Part shown: positions 20,869-31,002 of the stretch, piece after piece | How the letters are laid out: every line of letters begins with the position of its first letter | Numbering within the stretch: position 1 is the stretch's first letter | NCBI GenBank assembly: GCA_048937405.1 | Contig: JBHLNF010000006.1 | Location: 160,001-224,000, forward strand | DNA length: 64,000 nucleotides | Reading direction: 5' to 3' | From: Promethearchaeota archaeon | Lineage (GTDB): Archaea > Asgardarchaeota > Lokiarchaeia > Sigyniarchaeales > SOKP01 | Notes under the pieces: generated by a model | The model's input: only the letters and a program-made list of their open reading frames with translations | What the model was told of the DNA's origin: nothing | The model's database searches: none | Translations under genes and position numbers: made by a program

Positions 20869-21432
20869 ATGGTAATAGATAACATAGATAAGCAAGTTAT
20901 TAATGCTTTATATGAAAAAGGACGTGAAAGTTTAATTAATATAGGGGAAAAAGTTTTCAGATCAGATCAAGATATCATGAGTCATACCGGAGTACGAAAA
21001 AGGATTAAAAAATTAGAGGATTTAGGAATACTTAAAGTTCAAGGCAACATCAATATCAGTACCCTAAATTATAAGGTTTGTTTAATTCTTCTTGAAATGA
21101 AAAATTATGATGAAGTTAAGAAGATAATTGAATTTTACTCAAACTGTCCAAGAGTTTTCTTATTAGCTCAAATCACTGGAAGGTTTAATTTAATCATAGG
21201 AATAATAGGACAAAATACTGAGGTTTTACATAGATATATTAATTACTGTGGACCAACTAATAAAGAAGGATTATTACATTCTGAAATCCTATTTGTATCG
21301 AGTTTAAATTGTCCAGAATATCTCCCTCTAAACTTATTTAGCAGTAAAAGTCAAGAAATTAAATGTAAGAATGTGTGTAAAGATTGTGAAGCATTTTTGG
21401 ATGGTAAATGTGATGGATGCGGTAATTTCTAA
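20869..21432 (+). CDS. Lrp/AsnC family regulator with Cys-rich C-terminal tail
   Basis: IDNIDKQVI...VRKRIKKLEDLG HTH; C-terminal CxxxCxxC...CxxC. Confidence 0.8.
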   Translation: MVIDNIDKQVINALYEKGRESLINIGEKVFRSDQDIMSHTGVRKRIKKLEDLGILKVQGNINISTLNYKVCLILLEMKNYDEVKKIIEFYSNCPRVFLLAQITGRFNLIIGIIGQNTEVLHRYINYCGPTNKEGLLHSEILFVSSLNCPEYLPLNLFSSKSQEIKCKNVCKDCEAFLDGKCDGCGNF

Positions 21433-21637
21433 ATTTAATTTTATCAGAAAAGAATATAGTTTTAGATTCCAAAGAGTTAAAATTTGAAACTCAAATATTA
21501 GATTTTGTTTTAAATTGAAACTAACAATGAAATATTCGATTAAATTAATAAATCTCCAATAATCTTATATAAGAAAAGAGTTTACTATAAATTGAAGATT
21601 TAAATAAAATTTTTTTATTTTTAAAAAGCAGAAATAT

Positions 21638-21895
21638 ATGATCATTGAAGATTTTTATTCCGTTAATAATTATAAAGAGAAGATGAACCTTATCGCTCTA
21701 TCTCCTTCAAGCAAATTTGTTTTATATATATTAAAGCAGCGAGGTCCTTTAAAAGAGAAAGAAATTATTAAAAAAACTTTATTACCAAAACGAACAATTG
21801 CTTATGCTTTAAAAAAACTTCAGGAAATGAATTTTATTAGAAAATCAAAAGATATTTATGATAAACGGGTAAGTATTTTTGAAAGTTTAATATGA
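21638..21895 (+). CDS. Small MarR-like winged-helix protein
   Basis: LSPSSKFVLYIL...LPKRTIAYALKKL...DKR motif. Confidence 0.75.
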   Translation: MIIEDFYSVNNYKEKMNLIALSPSSKFVLYILKQRGPLKEKEIIKKTLLPKRTIAYALKKLQEMNFIRKSKDIYDKRVSIFESLI

Positions 21896-21917
21896 GATAA
21901 ATAACTTTCCTGATTTT

Positions 21918-22370
21918 TTAAAGATTTTTACGTTTGAATGGTCCTAATTCTTTTATTTGATTTGTAAATTCTGTAATTACATCAGCAAATTTCTTTCCTT
22001 CGGAGGCACTTACCCATTCCAATCGTACTCTTTTTGGATCTATTCCTAGTTGTTTGATTAAAATATTATGTAAACGTTCAAATCTCTCTTGAGTATATTC
22101 ATTCCCAGTAATATAATGGCAATCACCAATATGACAGCCACTTACAAGAACACCGTCACCACCATTTTTTAATGCTTTTAGGATGAAGGAGGGATCAACC
22201 CGTCCAGAGCACATTACTCGTATAATTCTTATATTTGGAGGATATTGAAATCGTGAAACCCCTGCTAAATCAGCTCCAGCATAACTACACCAATTACAGC
22301 AAAAAACTAAAATATTTGGCTCAAATCCTTCATTTTTATTTTGATTTTTAGATTTTGACATGAATATCAC
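21918..22370 (-). CDS. mvhD: Hydrogenase iron-sulfur subunit MvhD (Cys form)
   Basis: FCCNWCSYAGADLAG, CSGRVD, GCHIGDCHY and WVSASEG motifs. Confidence 0.95.
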   Translation of the reverse strand: MIFMSKSKNQNKNEGFEPNILVFCCNWCSYAGADLAGVSRFQYPPNIRIIRVMCSGRVDPSFILKALKNGGDGVLVSGCHIGDCHYITGNEYTQERFERLHNILIKQLGIDPKRVRLEWVSASEGKKFADVITEFTNQIKELGPFKRKNL

Positions 22371-25300
22371 CTATAAACCGTTTTTAATTTCCTCCTTTTC
22401 TAATAGATATGAATCAATCATTGTGGAGATTTGGTCAAAATCATAGTGTTTAACCATTATAGCTCCAACTTTACATGTTGCAGCACATGTTCCACATCCT
22501 TTACATACAGCAGCGTTGATATTAGATTTTTTAACTTTAATGGTTATATCTTCAAATTCTTTTTCAATTTCTATAAGATTTATAGCTTTATAAGGACAAA
22601 CATCCTCGCATTCTCCACATCCGATGCATTTTTCTTCTAAAACTTCTGCAATCAATCCAGATGTAGTAATTTTATCTGCACTGAGAAATCTACTAGCTCT
22701 TCCAGCAGCACCATTAGCTTGAGAAATTGTGTCTTGAATATTTTTTGGCCATTGAGCACATCCACATAAGAAAATACCATCAGTTGCAAAATCTAAAGGT
22801 CTTAATTTTACATGTGCTTCTAAAAAGAATCCATTTTTATCTAGTGGAACTTTAAGCATCATTGCTAATTCTTTTAAGTTATCTGTGGGAATCATTGGTG
22901 TAGAAAGTATTACTAGATCAGTTTCAAATTCGACATTATCTTTTAAATTAGTATCATAAACTTTTATCTGATATTGTTCAGGACTTTTTTTTTTCCTTTT
23001 TATTTCTGGTAAATTATTTAAGTCATATCTTAGAAATATAGCGTCTTTTCTACGTTCACGATAATATTCTTCAAATTCTTTTTTAGCCATTTGTAAATCT
23101 CTATAAATTACTACAATTTCTAAATCAGGCTTTAATTCTTTTAATATTCTAATGTTTTTTATTGAATTTACGCAACATATATTAGAGCAGTAAGTTATTC
23201 CCTCATTTTGTCTGGCATTAACACATAAAATTACTGTTATACGATTAATTTGGCTTAGCCATGAAGTATCCTTATTTTTTAATTTTTGCTCTAAGTCTAA
23301 TTGAGTTATTACATTCTTATTTTTTTCATTATAACCAAAAAGTCCTGTTGGTTTATATTCTTGACCTCCAGTCGCAACTATTATGGTACCAATTTTAATT
23401 TCATGAATCTTATTATCAGAATCACTGATCTCAACATCATAATTACCAACATAACCCTTAATATTCTTTATTCCACCATTTAGGAATACTTGAATATTAT
23501 TGCTTCTTTCAATTTTTTCCTTTAATTCATTTAATAACTCAAGTGCATTTTTATGAACTGGATACAAAGTATTTAGAAATCTTAGATTTCCTCCTAATTC
23601 ACTTTCTTTTTCTACAATAATAGTTTTAAATCCTTGATTGGCGGTATTTAATGCTGCCGTTATACCAGCAACACCTCCACCAATAATTAATGCTGTATGG
23701 GTAATATCTATTTTTTCTTCTTTTTGAGGTTTTAATAATTTAGATTTTGCAACATGCATTCTGATTAAATCAATAGCTTTTTCTGTTGCAGCATCTTTGT
23801 TTGTCATGTGAACCCAAGAACATTGATCTCGAATATTTACAAGTTCAAAAAGATATTTATTCAAGCCACCTTCTTGACATGTTTCTTGAAATAATGATTC
23901 GTGAGTTCTTGGAGTACAAGATGCTACTATAAAACGATTTAAATCATATTCCGCAATTAATTCCTTAATCCTTATTTGAGAATCAGAAGAACAAGAGTAC
24001 AAATTTGCTTCGCAAACCACTACATTTGGCAATTTTTTAACATAATCTACTACTCTTGGCACATCTACGTAATTTCCTATATTAATTCCACAATGACAAA
24101 CCATTACACCTATTCGAGGTTCATCTGTAATTCTGATCTCTTTTTCTGGCACATCAAATACTTTTTCTTTTATTTGCGTGTATTTTACAGAATTTAATAA
24201 ATCAGCTATTTGTGCTGCTACACCACTTGCATCAGCTACAGTCTCAGGGATGTCCATTGGACCTTGACAAAATCCGCACAAATAAACTCCATTTCTAGTT
24301 GATTTTAATTTATCAAAATATGACTTTTCTTGGAAAAAATTATATTTATCTAGCTCAATTCCTAATGAGTTTCCTAATTCTTTTACTCCTGTTGACGGAA
24401 CTAAAGGTGATGCTAGAACAACTAAATTAGCTCGAAAATCGTTAAATTCACCTGTTTTTAAATCTTCATAATGTATGATTAAGTCTTTGGTTTCTGGATC
24501 TTCTACAATGGTACTTATTTTAGATTGAAAATATTTTACACCATATTCTTCCTGAGCTCTTTGTGTGAATTCATAGAAATTTTTACCATAGGCACGAATA
24601 TCATGTCGAAATACATAACATTCTGAATTCTCCGAATGCTCTTGTGTTATTATTGCTTGTTTTGCTGTATAAGTGCAACAAACACTAGAACAAAAAGGAA
24701 CATTTTCATGAAGATCTCTAGACCCCGCACATTGTACAAATGCAATTACTTCAGGTTCCTTTTCATCACTTAATCGCATAACATGACCACCAAAAGGTCC
24801 AGATGCGCATAAAATCCTCTCATACTCAAGAGCACTTACAACATTTTCGAATCTATAACCCCATCTTGAAGTTAATTTATCAGCAGGCATCTCAAATCCA
24901 GTAGCAACCACTACTGCACCAACCTTAATCTCAAATTCTTCAGGCTTTTGTTCAAAATCTATAGCAGCAGCAGGGCATACTTTTTTACATACCTGACATA
25001 CACCCTTCTTTAAATACAAACACATCTCTGAATCAATTAAATATATAGGTGGTACTGCTTGAGGAAAAGGAATATATACAGATTTTCTTTTACCTATATT
25101 CATCTCAAAAGGATTTGGAGCTAAAATTTTAGGACATTTATTAGCACACTCACCACATCCTTTGCATTTCGTTTCATCAATATATCGAGGTTTCTTTAAA
25201 ATTTTAGCAGTAAAATCACCAGGTTCACCATCAATATGAAGAACTTCATGATAAGTCATCAATTCAACATTAGGATTCCGAAAAACTTCTACCATTTTTG

Positions 25301-25478
25301 GGGCTAATATACATAAAGAGCAATCTAATGTAGGAAAAGTTTTATCTAATTGAGCCATTCTTCCTCCAATTGAAGGCGATTTTTCTACTAAATATACTTT
25401 AAATCCTAATTCTGTAAGGTCAAGAGAAATTTGAATTCCCGCAATCCCTCCTCCAATTACTAATACAGAACCTTCCAT
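22371..25478 (-). CDS. hdrA: Large HdrA-like flavoprotein (two FAD modules; Cys form)
   Basis: GGGIAG, LDKTFPTLDCSLC, CHCG, ASCTPRTHE, NIRDQCSWVH, EAHVKLRP and ferredoxin motifs. Confidence 0.92.
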   Translation of the reverse strand: MEGSVLVIGGGIAGIQISLDLTELGFKVYLVEKSPSIGGRMAQLDKTFPTLDCSLCILAPKMVEVFRNPNVELMTYHEVLHIDGEPGDFTAKILKKPRYIDETKCKGCGECANKCPKILAPNPFEMNIGKRKSVYIPFPQAVPPIYLIDSEMCLYLKKGVCQVCKKVCPAAAIDFEQKPEEFEIKVGAVVVATGFEMPADKLTSRWGYRFENVVSALEYERILCASGPFGGHVMRLSDEKEPEVIAFVQCAGSRDLHENVPFCSSVCCTYTAKQAIITQEHSENSECYVFRHDIRAYGKNFYEFTQRAQEEYGVKYFQSKISTIVEDPETKDLIIHYEDLKTGEFNDFRANLVVLASPLVPSTGVKELGNSLGIELDKYNFFQEKSYFDKLKSTRNGVYLCGFCQGPMDIPETVADASGVAAQIADLLNSVKYTQIKEKVFDVPEKEIRITDEPRIGVMVCHCGINIGNYVDVPRVVDYVKKLPNVVVCEANLYSCSSDSQIRIKELIAEYDLNRFIVASCTPRTHESLFQETCQEGGLNKYLFELVNIRDQCSWVHMTNKDAATEKAIDLIRMHVAKSKLLKPQKEEKIDITHTALIIGGGVAGITAALNTANQGFKTIIVEKESELGGNLRFLNTLYPVHKNALELLNELKEKIERSNNIQVFLNGGIKNIKGYVGNYDVEISDSDNKIHEIKIGTIIVATGGQEYKPTGLFGYNEKNKNVITQLDLEQKLKNKDTSWLSQINRITVILCVNARQNEGITYCSNICCVNSIKNIRILKELKPDLEIVVIYRDLQMAKKEFEEYYRERRKDAIFLRYDLNNLPEIKRKKKSPEQYQIKVYDTNLKDNVEFETDLVILSTPMIPTDNLKELAMMLKVPLDKNGFFLEAHVKLRPLDFATDGIFLCGCAQWPKNIQDTISQANGAAGRASRFLSADKITTSGLIAEVLEEKCIGCGECEDVCPYKAINLIEIEKEFEDITIKVKKSNINAAVCKGCGTCAATCKVGAIMVKHYDFDQISTMIDSYLLEKEEIKNGL

Positions 25479-26758
25479 TATTTTTCTACCTCCTTTTTTT
25501 GATTGGAATCGACAATATTTATTAAATTTACTAAGAATTCTGAAAAATCAACTATTTCTATCGATGATATATCCTCATAATCTTTTTGTAAACAAGATAA
25601 ATGCATCTTACATTTGGGACATGAAGTTACCATTATCTCTCCGGCATCTTTAGCTTCTAAAAGCCTTTTATATCTTAAGGCTTTTGACCGATCATTACAA
25701 TTCATCCAAGAACTTACTCCACAACACAAAGCATCAGTTTTATTATGAGTCATTTCATTGAATTCATACCCTAATTTTTTTAGATGAGAAAAAATCTCCC
25801 TTACATTATTTATTATATTACTGTTCTTAGGTAAAAAGCGACTTAAACGACATGGATCATGATAAGTAAATGGAATTGGTTCCTCTTTTTGGGAAGGATT
25901 TTTAAAGTCAATCTTATTAGCTTTCCAATTTTCATAGATATATTCAATCAAATGCTTAACAACAAATTTTTCATTAAAATCTTCAAATAAATCTGGATAA
26001 TCTACTTTAAATGTCCTATAACATTCGGCACAAGCTGTTATAATTGTTTTAGCTCCAGTTTCTTCAATTTTTTTGATATTTCTTTTTGCTAAATTGATAA
26101 ATTCTTTAAGTTTTCCCTGACCCCAGTATAGATCATGTCCACAACAGATTTCATCTTGAAGAACTACAATTGGTTCTTTTTCAATTTGACATAATATTTT
26201 CAATGTACTTTCTGCTATAGAATTTGAATGTTCAAACTCAAAATTGAAATAAGGTAAGCACCCAACATAGTACATAGTATTTCCTTGGTTTGAAATTTGA
26301 CAGTCACCAGGAACCCATTCAAGAGATCTCTTTGGATTTATATGAGCCTCACTCATTATTTCTGATATTGTGGTATATACACCTTTATGAGCAACAAAAT
26401 CATCTGGGTTCTGATTATAAGATTCTCGCATTTTATATTTAGCCATTCTAACGATATCTGCAAAATTTATTCCCTCAGGGCAGTTTTGCAAACAGGCATT
26501 ACACGTTAAGCAATCCCACAGAATTCCACTTTTAATGATCTTATCTTCAAATCCTTCCAATATCATTTGAATTATTCTACTTGGTTCAAATGTTTGAACC
26601 TTACTAAGCTGACAAACACCACTACAACGAACACACTGATAACATCTTAATAATGATTTTCTTATATCTGGTTCATAAATTTTTTCTAATAAAGGATCGA
26701 TATTATCTGTAAGTTCTTTTGAATCATCTACTTTTGATGTTTCAGTAATATTATTCAC
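25478..26758 (-). CDS. HdrD-like Fe-S oxidoreductase (2x[4Fe-4S] + two CCG domains)
   Basis: CxxCxxCxxxC twice, CCG, TACAEC, YHDPC, CCG and SCPKC motifs; TAATG overlap with hdrA. Confidence 0.88.
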   Translation of the reverse strand: MNNITETSKVDDSKELTDNIDPLLEKIYEPDIRKSLLRCYQCVRCSGVCQLSKVQTFEPSRIIQMILEGFEDKIIKSGILWDCLTCNACLQNCPEGINFADIVRMAKYKMRESYNQNPDDFVAHKGVYTTISEIMSEAHINPKRSLEWVPGDCQISNQGNTMYYVGCLPYFNFEFEHSNSIAESTLKILCQIEKEPIVVLQDEICCGHDLYWGQGKLKEFINLAKRNIKKIEETGAKTIITACAECYRTFKVDYPDLFEDFNEKFVVKHLIEYIYENWKANKIDFKNPSQKEEPIPFTYHDPCRLSRFLPKNSNIINNVREIFSHLKKLGYEFNEMTHNKTDALCCGVSSWMNCNDRSKALRYKRLLEAKDAGEIMVTSCPKCKMHLSCLQKDYEDISSIEIVDFSEFLVNLINIVDSNQKKEVEK

Positions 26759-26909
26759 TTTTTTTGATTAATAGAACTTTTATTAATTTGAACTATTGAT
26801 GAATAGGAAAAAAAAGGAAATAATTTATTTTTTCTGATTAGATTTCATAACTCAAATGTCAAATTTGAATATAAGACAATGATCACTATTGATCATTGTT
26901 TATTCAAAA

Positions 26910-27164
26910 TTACATTACAAATGTCTTAATCATAGCATTAATTTGTTCAAAATCGTAATGTTTAATGGTGATTGCACCAACAGGACAATATACATCACAA
27001 GTTCCACATCCCTTGCATAATCCTGAATTAATTAAAGATTTTTTAATGGGTAAATTCACTTCCTCAAATTCTTTTAATACATTCAATATTTCTATTACAT
27101 TATAAGAACAAGCATCTTTACAGGTTCCACAACCGATACATATCTCTTGATCTACTTCCGCTAC
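26910..27164 (-). pseudogene. Start-less remnant of an hdrA 3' end (84 codons, 2x[4Fe-4S] domain)
   Basis: Translates VAEVDQEICIGCGTCKDAC...CKGCGTCDVYCPVGAITIKHYDFEQINAMIKTFVM*, a diverged copy of 31003-31257; in-frame TAA just upstream and no start codon. Confidence 0.85.
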
Positions 27165-27455
27165 TAAAAGTTATAAGATTTAGAGGAAATTACTCAGATA
27201 TTCATCAAAATCAAACGTATGAAATATATATAGGTGAATTTCCAAGAGATGTTAATAAGACTAAGATAATTAGATGCTTTATTGGCATTCCACTAAAATT
27301 AAGTGCTAAAATGTTTTCAATTGATATTTATAATACCTTTTCTAATTATATCTACAAGGTTTCTTGATCAAAAAAGGTCAATATGTAGAAAAATGATCAT
27401 GAAAAAAGTTTAAATATATTAAAAAGAAATAAATATTATCAAAAAATGGAAGAGA

Positions 27456-27860
27456 TTGATAATAATGAAAGAATATGTATCAGTTCCAACTGATTGGCCT
27501 GATAAGATTATAAGAAATATGATTAAAACATATTGCAATACATTCAAAAGTTCTACGAAAGGTTTTGATGGGTTTAAAGTAGAAACCCAAAATGAGAATA
27601 AACTCTCATTATCAAGTGGTTCAAAAAAATCTTTGAAATTTCTTGGAGCTATAAAAAATGAATTTAGTGCCACTATAGAATTAAATTTAGATACTTCCCA
27701 AAAACAGATTATAATTGATTTTGACGAAGGAACGATGTTGAAAGTTGGAAAGATGGGTATGAAAAAACGCCAAAACTTTTGGAAAATATTTTCTGATGGA
27801 ATAAGAGAAGCTATACAAGAAGCAATTGAAGAGATTCAAAACAAACAAAAAGACTCATAA
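27456..27860 (+). CDS. Hypothetical protein (134 aa) upstream of SIR2-TPR gene
   Basis: Clean ORF, same strand as and 44 nt from the next gene; no motif recognised. Confidence 0.6.
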   Translation: MIIMKEYVSVPTDWPDKIIRNMIKTYCNTFKSSTKGFDGFKVETQNENKLSLSSGSKKSLKFLGAIKNEFSATIELNLDTSQKQIIIDFDEGTMLKVGKMGMKKRQNFWKIFSDGIREAIQEAIEEIQNKQKDS

Positions 27861-27904
27861 ATTTTTTATTTTATTGTTTAATATTAAAAGGAGATTTATT
27901 TAAA

Positions 27905-30505
27905 ATGTCAGTTCTAGAACCCTGTGAATTTGATCTTAAAAATTTAATTATAAAAAATAATTCTTTAACCTTTTTAGCGGGGGCAGGTATTTCGATGAAT
28001 CCACCCTCATGTTTACCTTCTGCTCGTCAAATTAACGAATCATTAATAACTTTTATCACTCCTGAAGATGCTGCTAAGGACATATTAACTGGATCTCTAG
28101 TAAATTCTATGCGATTTGAATATGTAATGCAATTATTTAGAGATAACTGTGATTCGAATTTAAAGATTATGGATTATTTTGAAATACCCGATAAACCTAA
28201 TATTTTACACTTATTTTTGTACGAAATGATAAAAAGAAGAAATTATGTAATGACTACTAATTTTGATTATCTTATAGAAAGAGCATTTGATCCTGATACT
28301 AAAAATCCCCTAATAATAATTACGGAAAAAGATTTTGATCAAAATGGTGATCCTGAAAAAAACGTGAAAAATAATTATTCAGCGTTATATAAAATTCATG
28401 GTTCCTCAAAGAATTTTTTCACAGGAGAGGATACCAAAAAAACGGTTATTACAACATTGGATGCTCTTGGGAAAAAAAAAGGAGAGAAAATATTTACTGT
28501 TGAACCTTATAAACGAAAATTTTTCAGAAAAGTATGCCAAGGTCGAACATTAATAGTTATGGGTTATTCTGGAGGAGATGATTTTGATATTATGCCTATC
28601 TTATTGGAAATGGAAGAAATAGAACAGATAATCTGGCTTGCTCATGAGAATACTTCATTATCAGAGTTTCAATGGTACAAAGTCTCTTCTGACATACAGA
28701 ATAAAGATATTGCTATGGATGATCTTAATCTTCTTGATCAGATATTAATAAAGTTAAGCCGTTTTGGGAAAATACCCACCTATAAAGCTATTGGAAATAC
28801 TGGTTTAATTGTTAATGAAATTTTAAATCAGGACTACAAAATAAATTCAGACAAAACAGATATTATTAAGCTTTCTGTGTGGCTTAAGAAAAATTATGAA
28901 GAACCAATTGAGGGATTGAAAGAACATGTAGCAGGAATGATTTACTATCAAAGAAATATTTTAGACAAGGCTTACTTTCATTTTCAAAAAGCTTATGATT
29001 ACTACGAAAAATCTAAAAATGTTGAAAGTATGAGTGCAGCCTTGAATAATATAGGGCTTATATCTACAGATGAGGGAAAATTTCAAGAAGCATTAAAAAT
29101 AATGGAAAAATGTTATGAAATTTATAAGAGTATTAATGATTTTGATTCGATGGCAACAGCATTATCGAATTTAGGGATGATTTATGATAAATTAGGAGAA
29201 AGACAACAAGCTTTAGATTATTTCCAGAAAGCTTACCAGATAGACAATCAGAATTCAAGTATTAATCTATCTAGAGATTTAAATAATATAGGTATAACGC
29301 TTCAAGCTATGGGGCAATTTGAGGAAGCGCTACTTAATGTAAGAAAAGCTTATAAAATTAATGAAAATTTTGGAAATTTAAATGGAATGATAAATTGTTT
29401 GATGAATATGGGAACAATTTATATGGCTAAAAGCCAAATGGATAAAGTATTGCCGACTTATGAAAAAGCGTTAGAAATTGCTGAAAAACTAGGACAACTA
29501 GATGCAATAGGGAAAAATCTAAATAATATTGGAATTTATTATTGTAGGCAGGGAGATTTTGAAAAAGCCTCTATCTATTATAATAGAGCCAAAGAATTTG
29601 ATGAGAGGGTACAGAATTCAGATGGAATTGCAGCCACTTTACTTAATATAGGAGAACTTTACTATAAAAAGCGAGAATATGATAAGGCATTAGAATTTTA
29701 TAATAGAGCATATAAAATAGTAGATCATCTTAAAATTCTTGAGACAATGTCAGTTATACTGAATAATATAGGTTTAATATATATGGATACCCATCAATTC
29801 GATAAAGCAAAAGATTACTTCTTAAGAGCGAATAAGATGTACGAAAAGCATAGAAATATAAAGTCTAAGGCAGATTCATTAAATAATTTAGGCCTTTTAA
29901 GCTCAGAAATGGGAGATTTGGATAGTGCGTTAAAATATTTTCAAGATTCATATGAAATTAATAATAGGTTCCATATACTACCTAATTTAGCAAAAAATTT
30001 AAATAATTTAGGACTTGTTTATTTAAAAAGAGATGATTTTGAAAATACATTTAATTTTCTTACAAAAGCTAAGGAGATATTTTTAAAACTTAATAATTTA
30101 CCAGGAATTGCAGGTATATTAAGTACATTAGGGTTGACTTATATGAAGAAAGGAGATTATAGCAAAGCACTATTAGAATATGAGGAAGCGTATAAAATCC
30201 GTGAAAAACTAGAACATAAAGCTGAAATGTGTGATCTCTTAAAATGCATAGGTTTAATGTATTCAAACTTAGGGAAGACACAAAGCGCTTTAGAAAACCA
30301 ACTAAAAGCCTATGAAATAGCTAAAAACGTTGGATCAGAGAAAGATATTGCTGATATTTGCACTCAATTAGGATTAAGTTATTTTATAAGTAGTAATTTG
30401 CCAAAGGCTTTAGAATTTTGTAATATTGCGAAAAATATTTATGAAAAAGGTAATTATACAGAATCATTAGCTATTGTTATAGATTTTATCAAAAAAATAT
30501 CTTAA
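27905..30505 (+). CDS. SIR2-like domain + TPR repeat protein
   Basis: LAGAGIS, TTNFD, KIHGS and MGYSGGD SIR2-like motifs, followed by about a dozen 'LNNIG..Y...G....AL' TPRs. Confidence 0.88.
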   Translation: MSVLEPCEFDLKNLIIKNNSLTFLAGAGISMNPPSCLPSARQINESLITFITPEDAAKDILTGSLVNSMRFEYVMQLFRDNCDSNLKIMDYFEIPDKPNILHLFLYEMIKRRNYVMTTNFDYLIERAFDPDTKNPLIIITEKDFDQNGDPEKNVKNNYSALYKIHGSSKNFFTGEDTKKTVITTLDALGKKKGEKIFTVEPYKRKFFRKVCQGRTLIVMGYSGGDDFDIMPILLEMEEIEQIIWLAHENTSLSEFQWYKVSSDIQNKDIAMDDLNLLDQILIKLSRFGKIPTYKAIGNTGLIVNEILNQDYKINSDKTDIIKLSVWLKKNYEEPIEGLKEHVAGMIYYQRNILDKAYFHFQKAYDYYEKSKNVESMSAALNNIGLISTDEGKFQEALKIMEKCYEIYKSINDFDSMATALSNLGMIYDKLGERQQALDYFQKAYQIDNQNSSINLSRDLNNIGITLQAMGQFEEALLNVRKAYKINENFGNLNGMINCLMNMGTIYMAKSQMDKVLPTYEKALEIAEKLGQLDAIGKNLNNIGIYYCRQGDFEKASIYYNRAKEFDERVQNSDGIAATLLNIGELYYKKREYDKALEFYNRAYKIVDHLKILETMSVILNNIGLIYMDTHQFDKAKDYFLRANKMYEKHRNIKSKADSLNNLGLLSSEMGDLDSALKYFQDSYEINNRFHILPNLAKNLNNLGLVYLKRDDFENTFNFLTKAKEIFLKLNNLPGIAGILSTLGLTYMKKGDYSKALLEYEEAYKIREKLEHKAEMCDLLKCIGLMYSNLGKTQSALENQLKAYEIAKNVGSEKDIADICTQLGLSYFISSNLPKALEFCNIAKNIYEKGNYTESLAIVIDFIKKIS

Positions 30506-30734
30506 TCTTAAAGTAACTGAAATTTTTAATATTTCTCATTATGAGAGGTTTTCATATTTATGATATCCTTATTATTTTGGGTCTAATCGTAGATCTTCTC
30601 TAAATTTTCATCAAAATTAAACTCCTAATTTATCTTTCCAAACCAATTTCAAAGGAAATTGATACAAATTTTAAAAATTCTCGACCTTTATGACTTTATT
30701 TATGTTTTAAGAGTATATTGATATTAAAACGATT

Positions 30735-30989
30735 CTAAATAATTATTGCTCGTTTTTTCATATGTATCTTTTTGAGAACAAAATGGCCCAATAGAGAGCA
30801 AAGGATGACTGTTAAAGGAAATACGAAGGCTAATTTTATAATAGGATAAAGGCTTAAGGAGGCAAATCCAAGGGATATAACAACAAGGATGGGTGGATGT
30901 ACAAAGTATATATAATATGCGCTGTCAGATAGATTCCGTAGTATAGATCCTTGTCTGTCGAATATAAGATTATGATTACCAATGATCAC
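30735..30989 (-). pseudogene. C-terminal fragment of an acyltransferase-3 (OafA/OpgC-like) membrane protein
   Basis: LSDSAYYIYFVHPPIL motif and only two TMs; abuts the hdrA 3' flank. Confidence 0.65.
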
Positions 30990-31002
30990 TGTTTATTCAA
31001 AA

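Noticed and set aside
26910-27164. Independent ferredoxin gene
   Set aside because: There is no start codon after the upstream in-frame stop, and it matches the hdrA 3' end including the non-coding flank.
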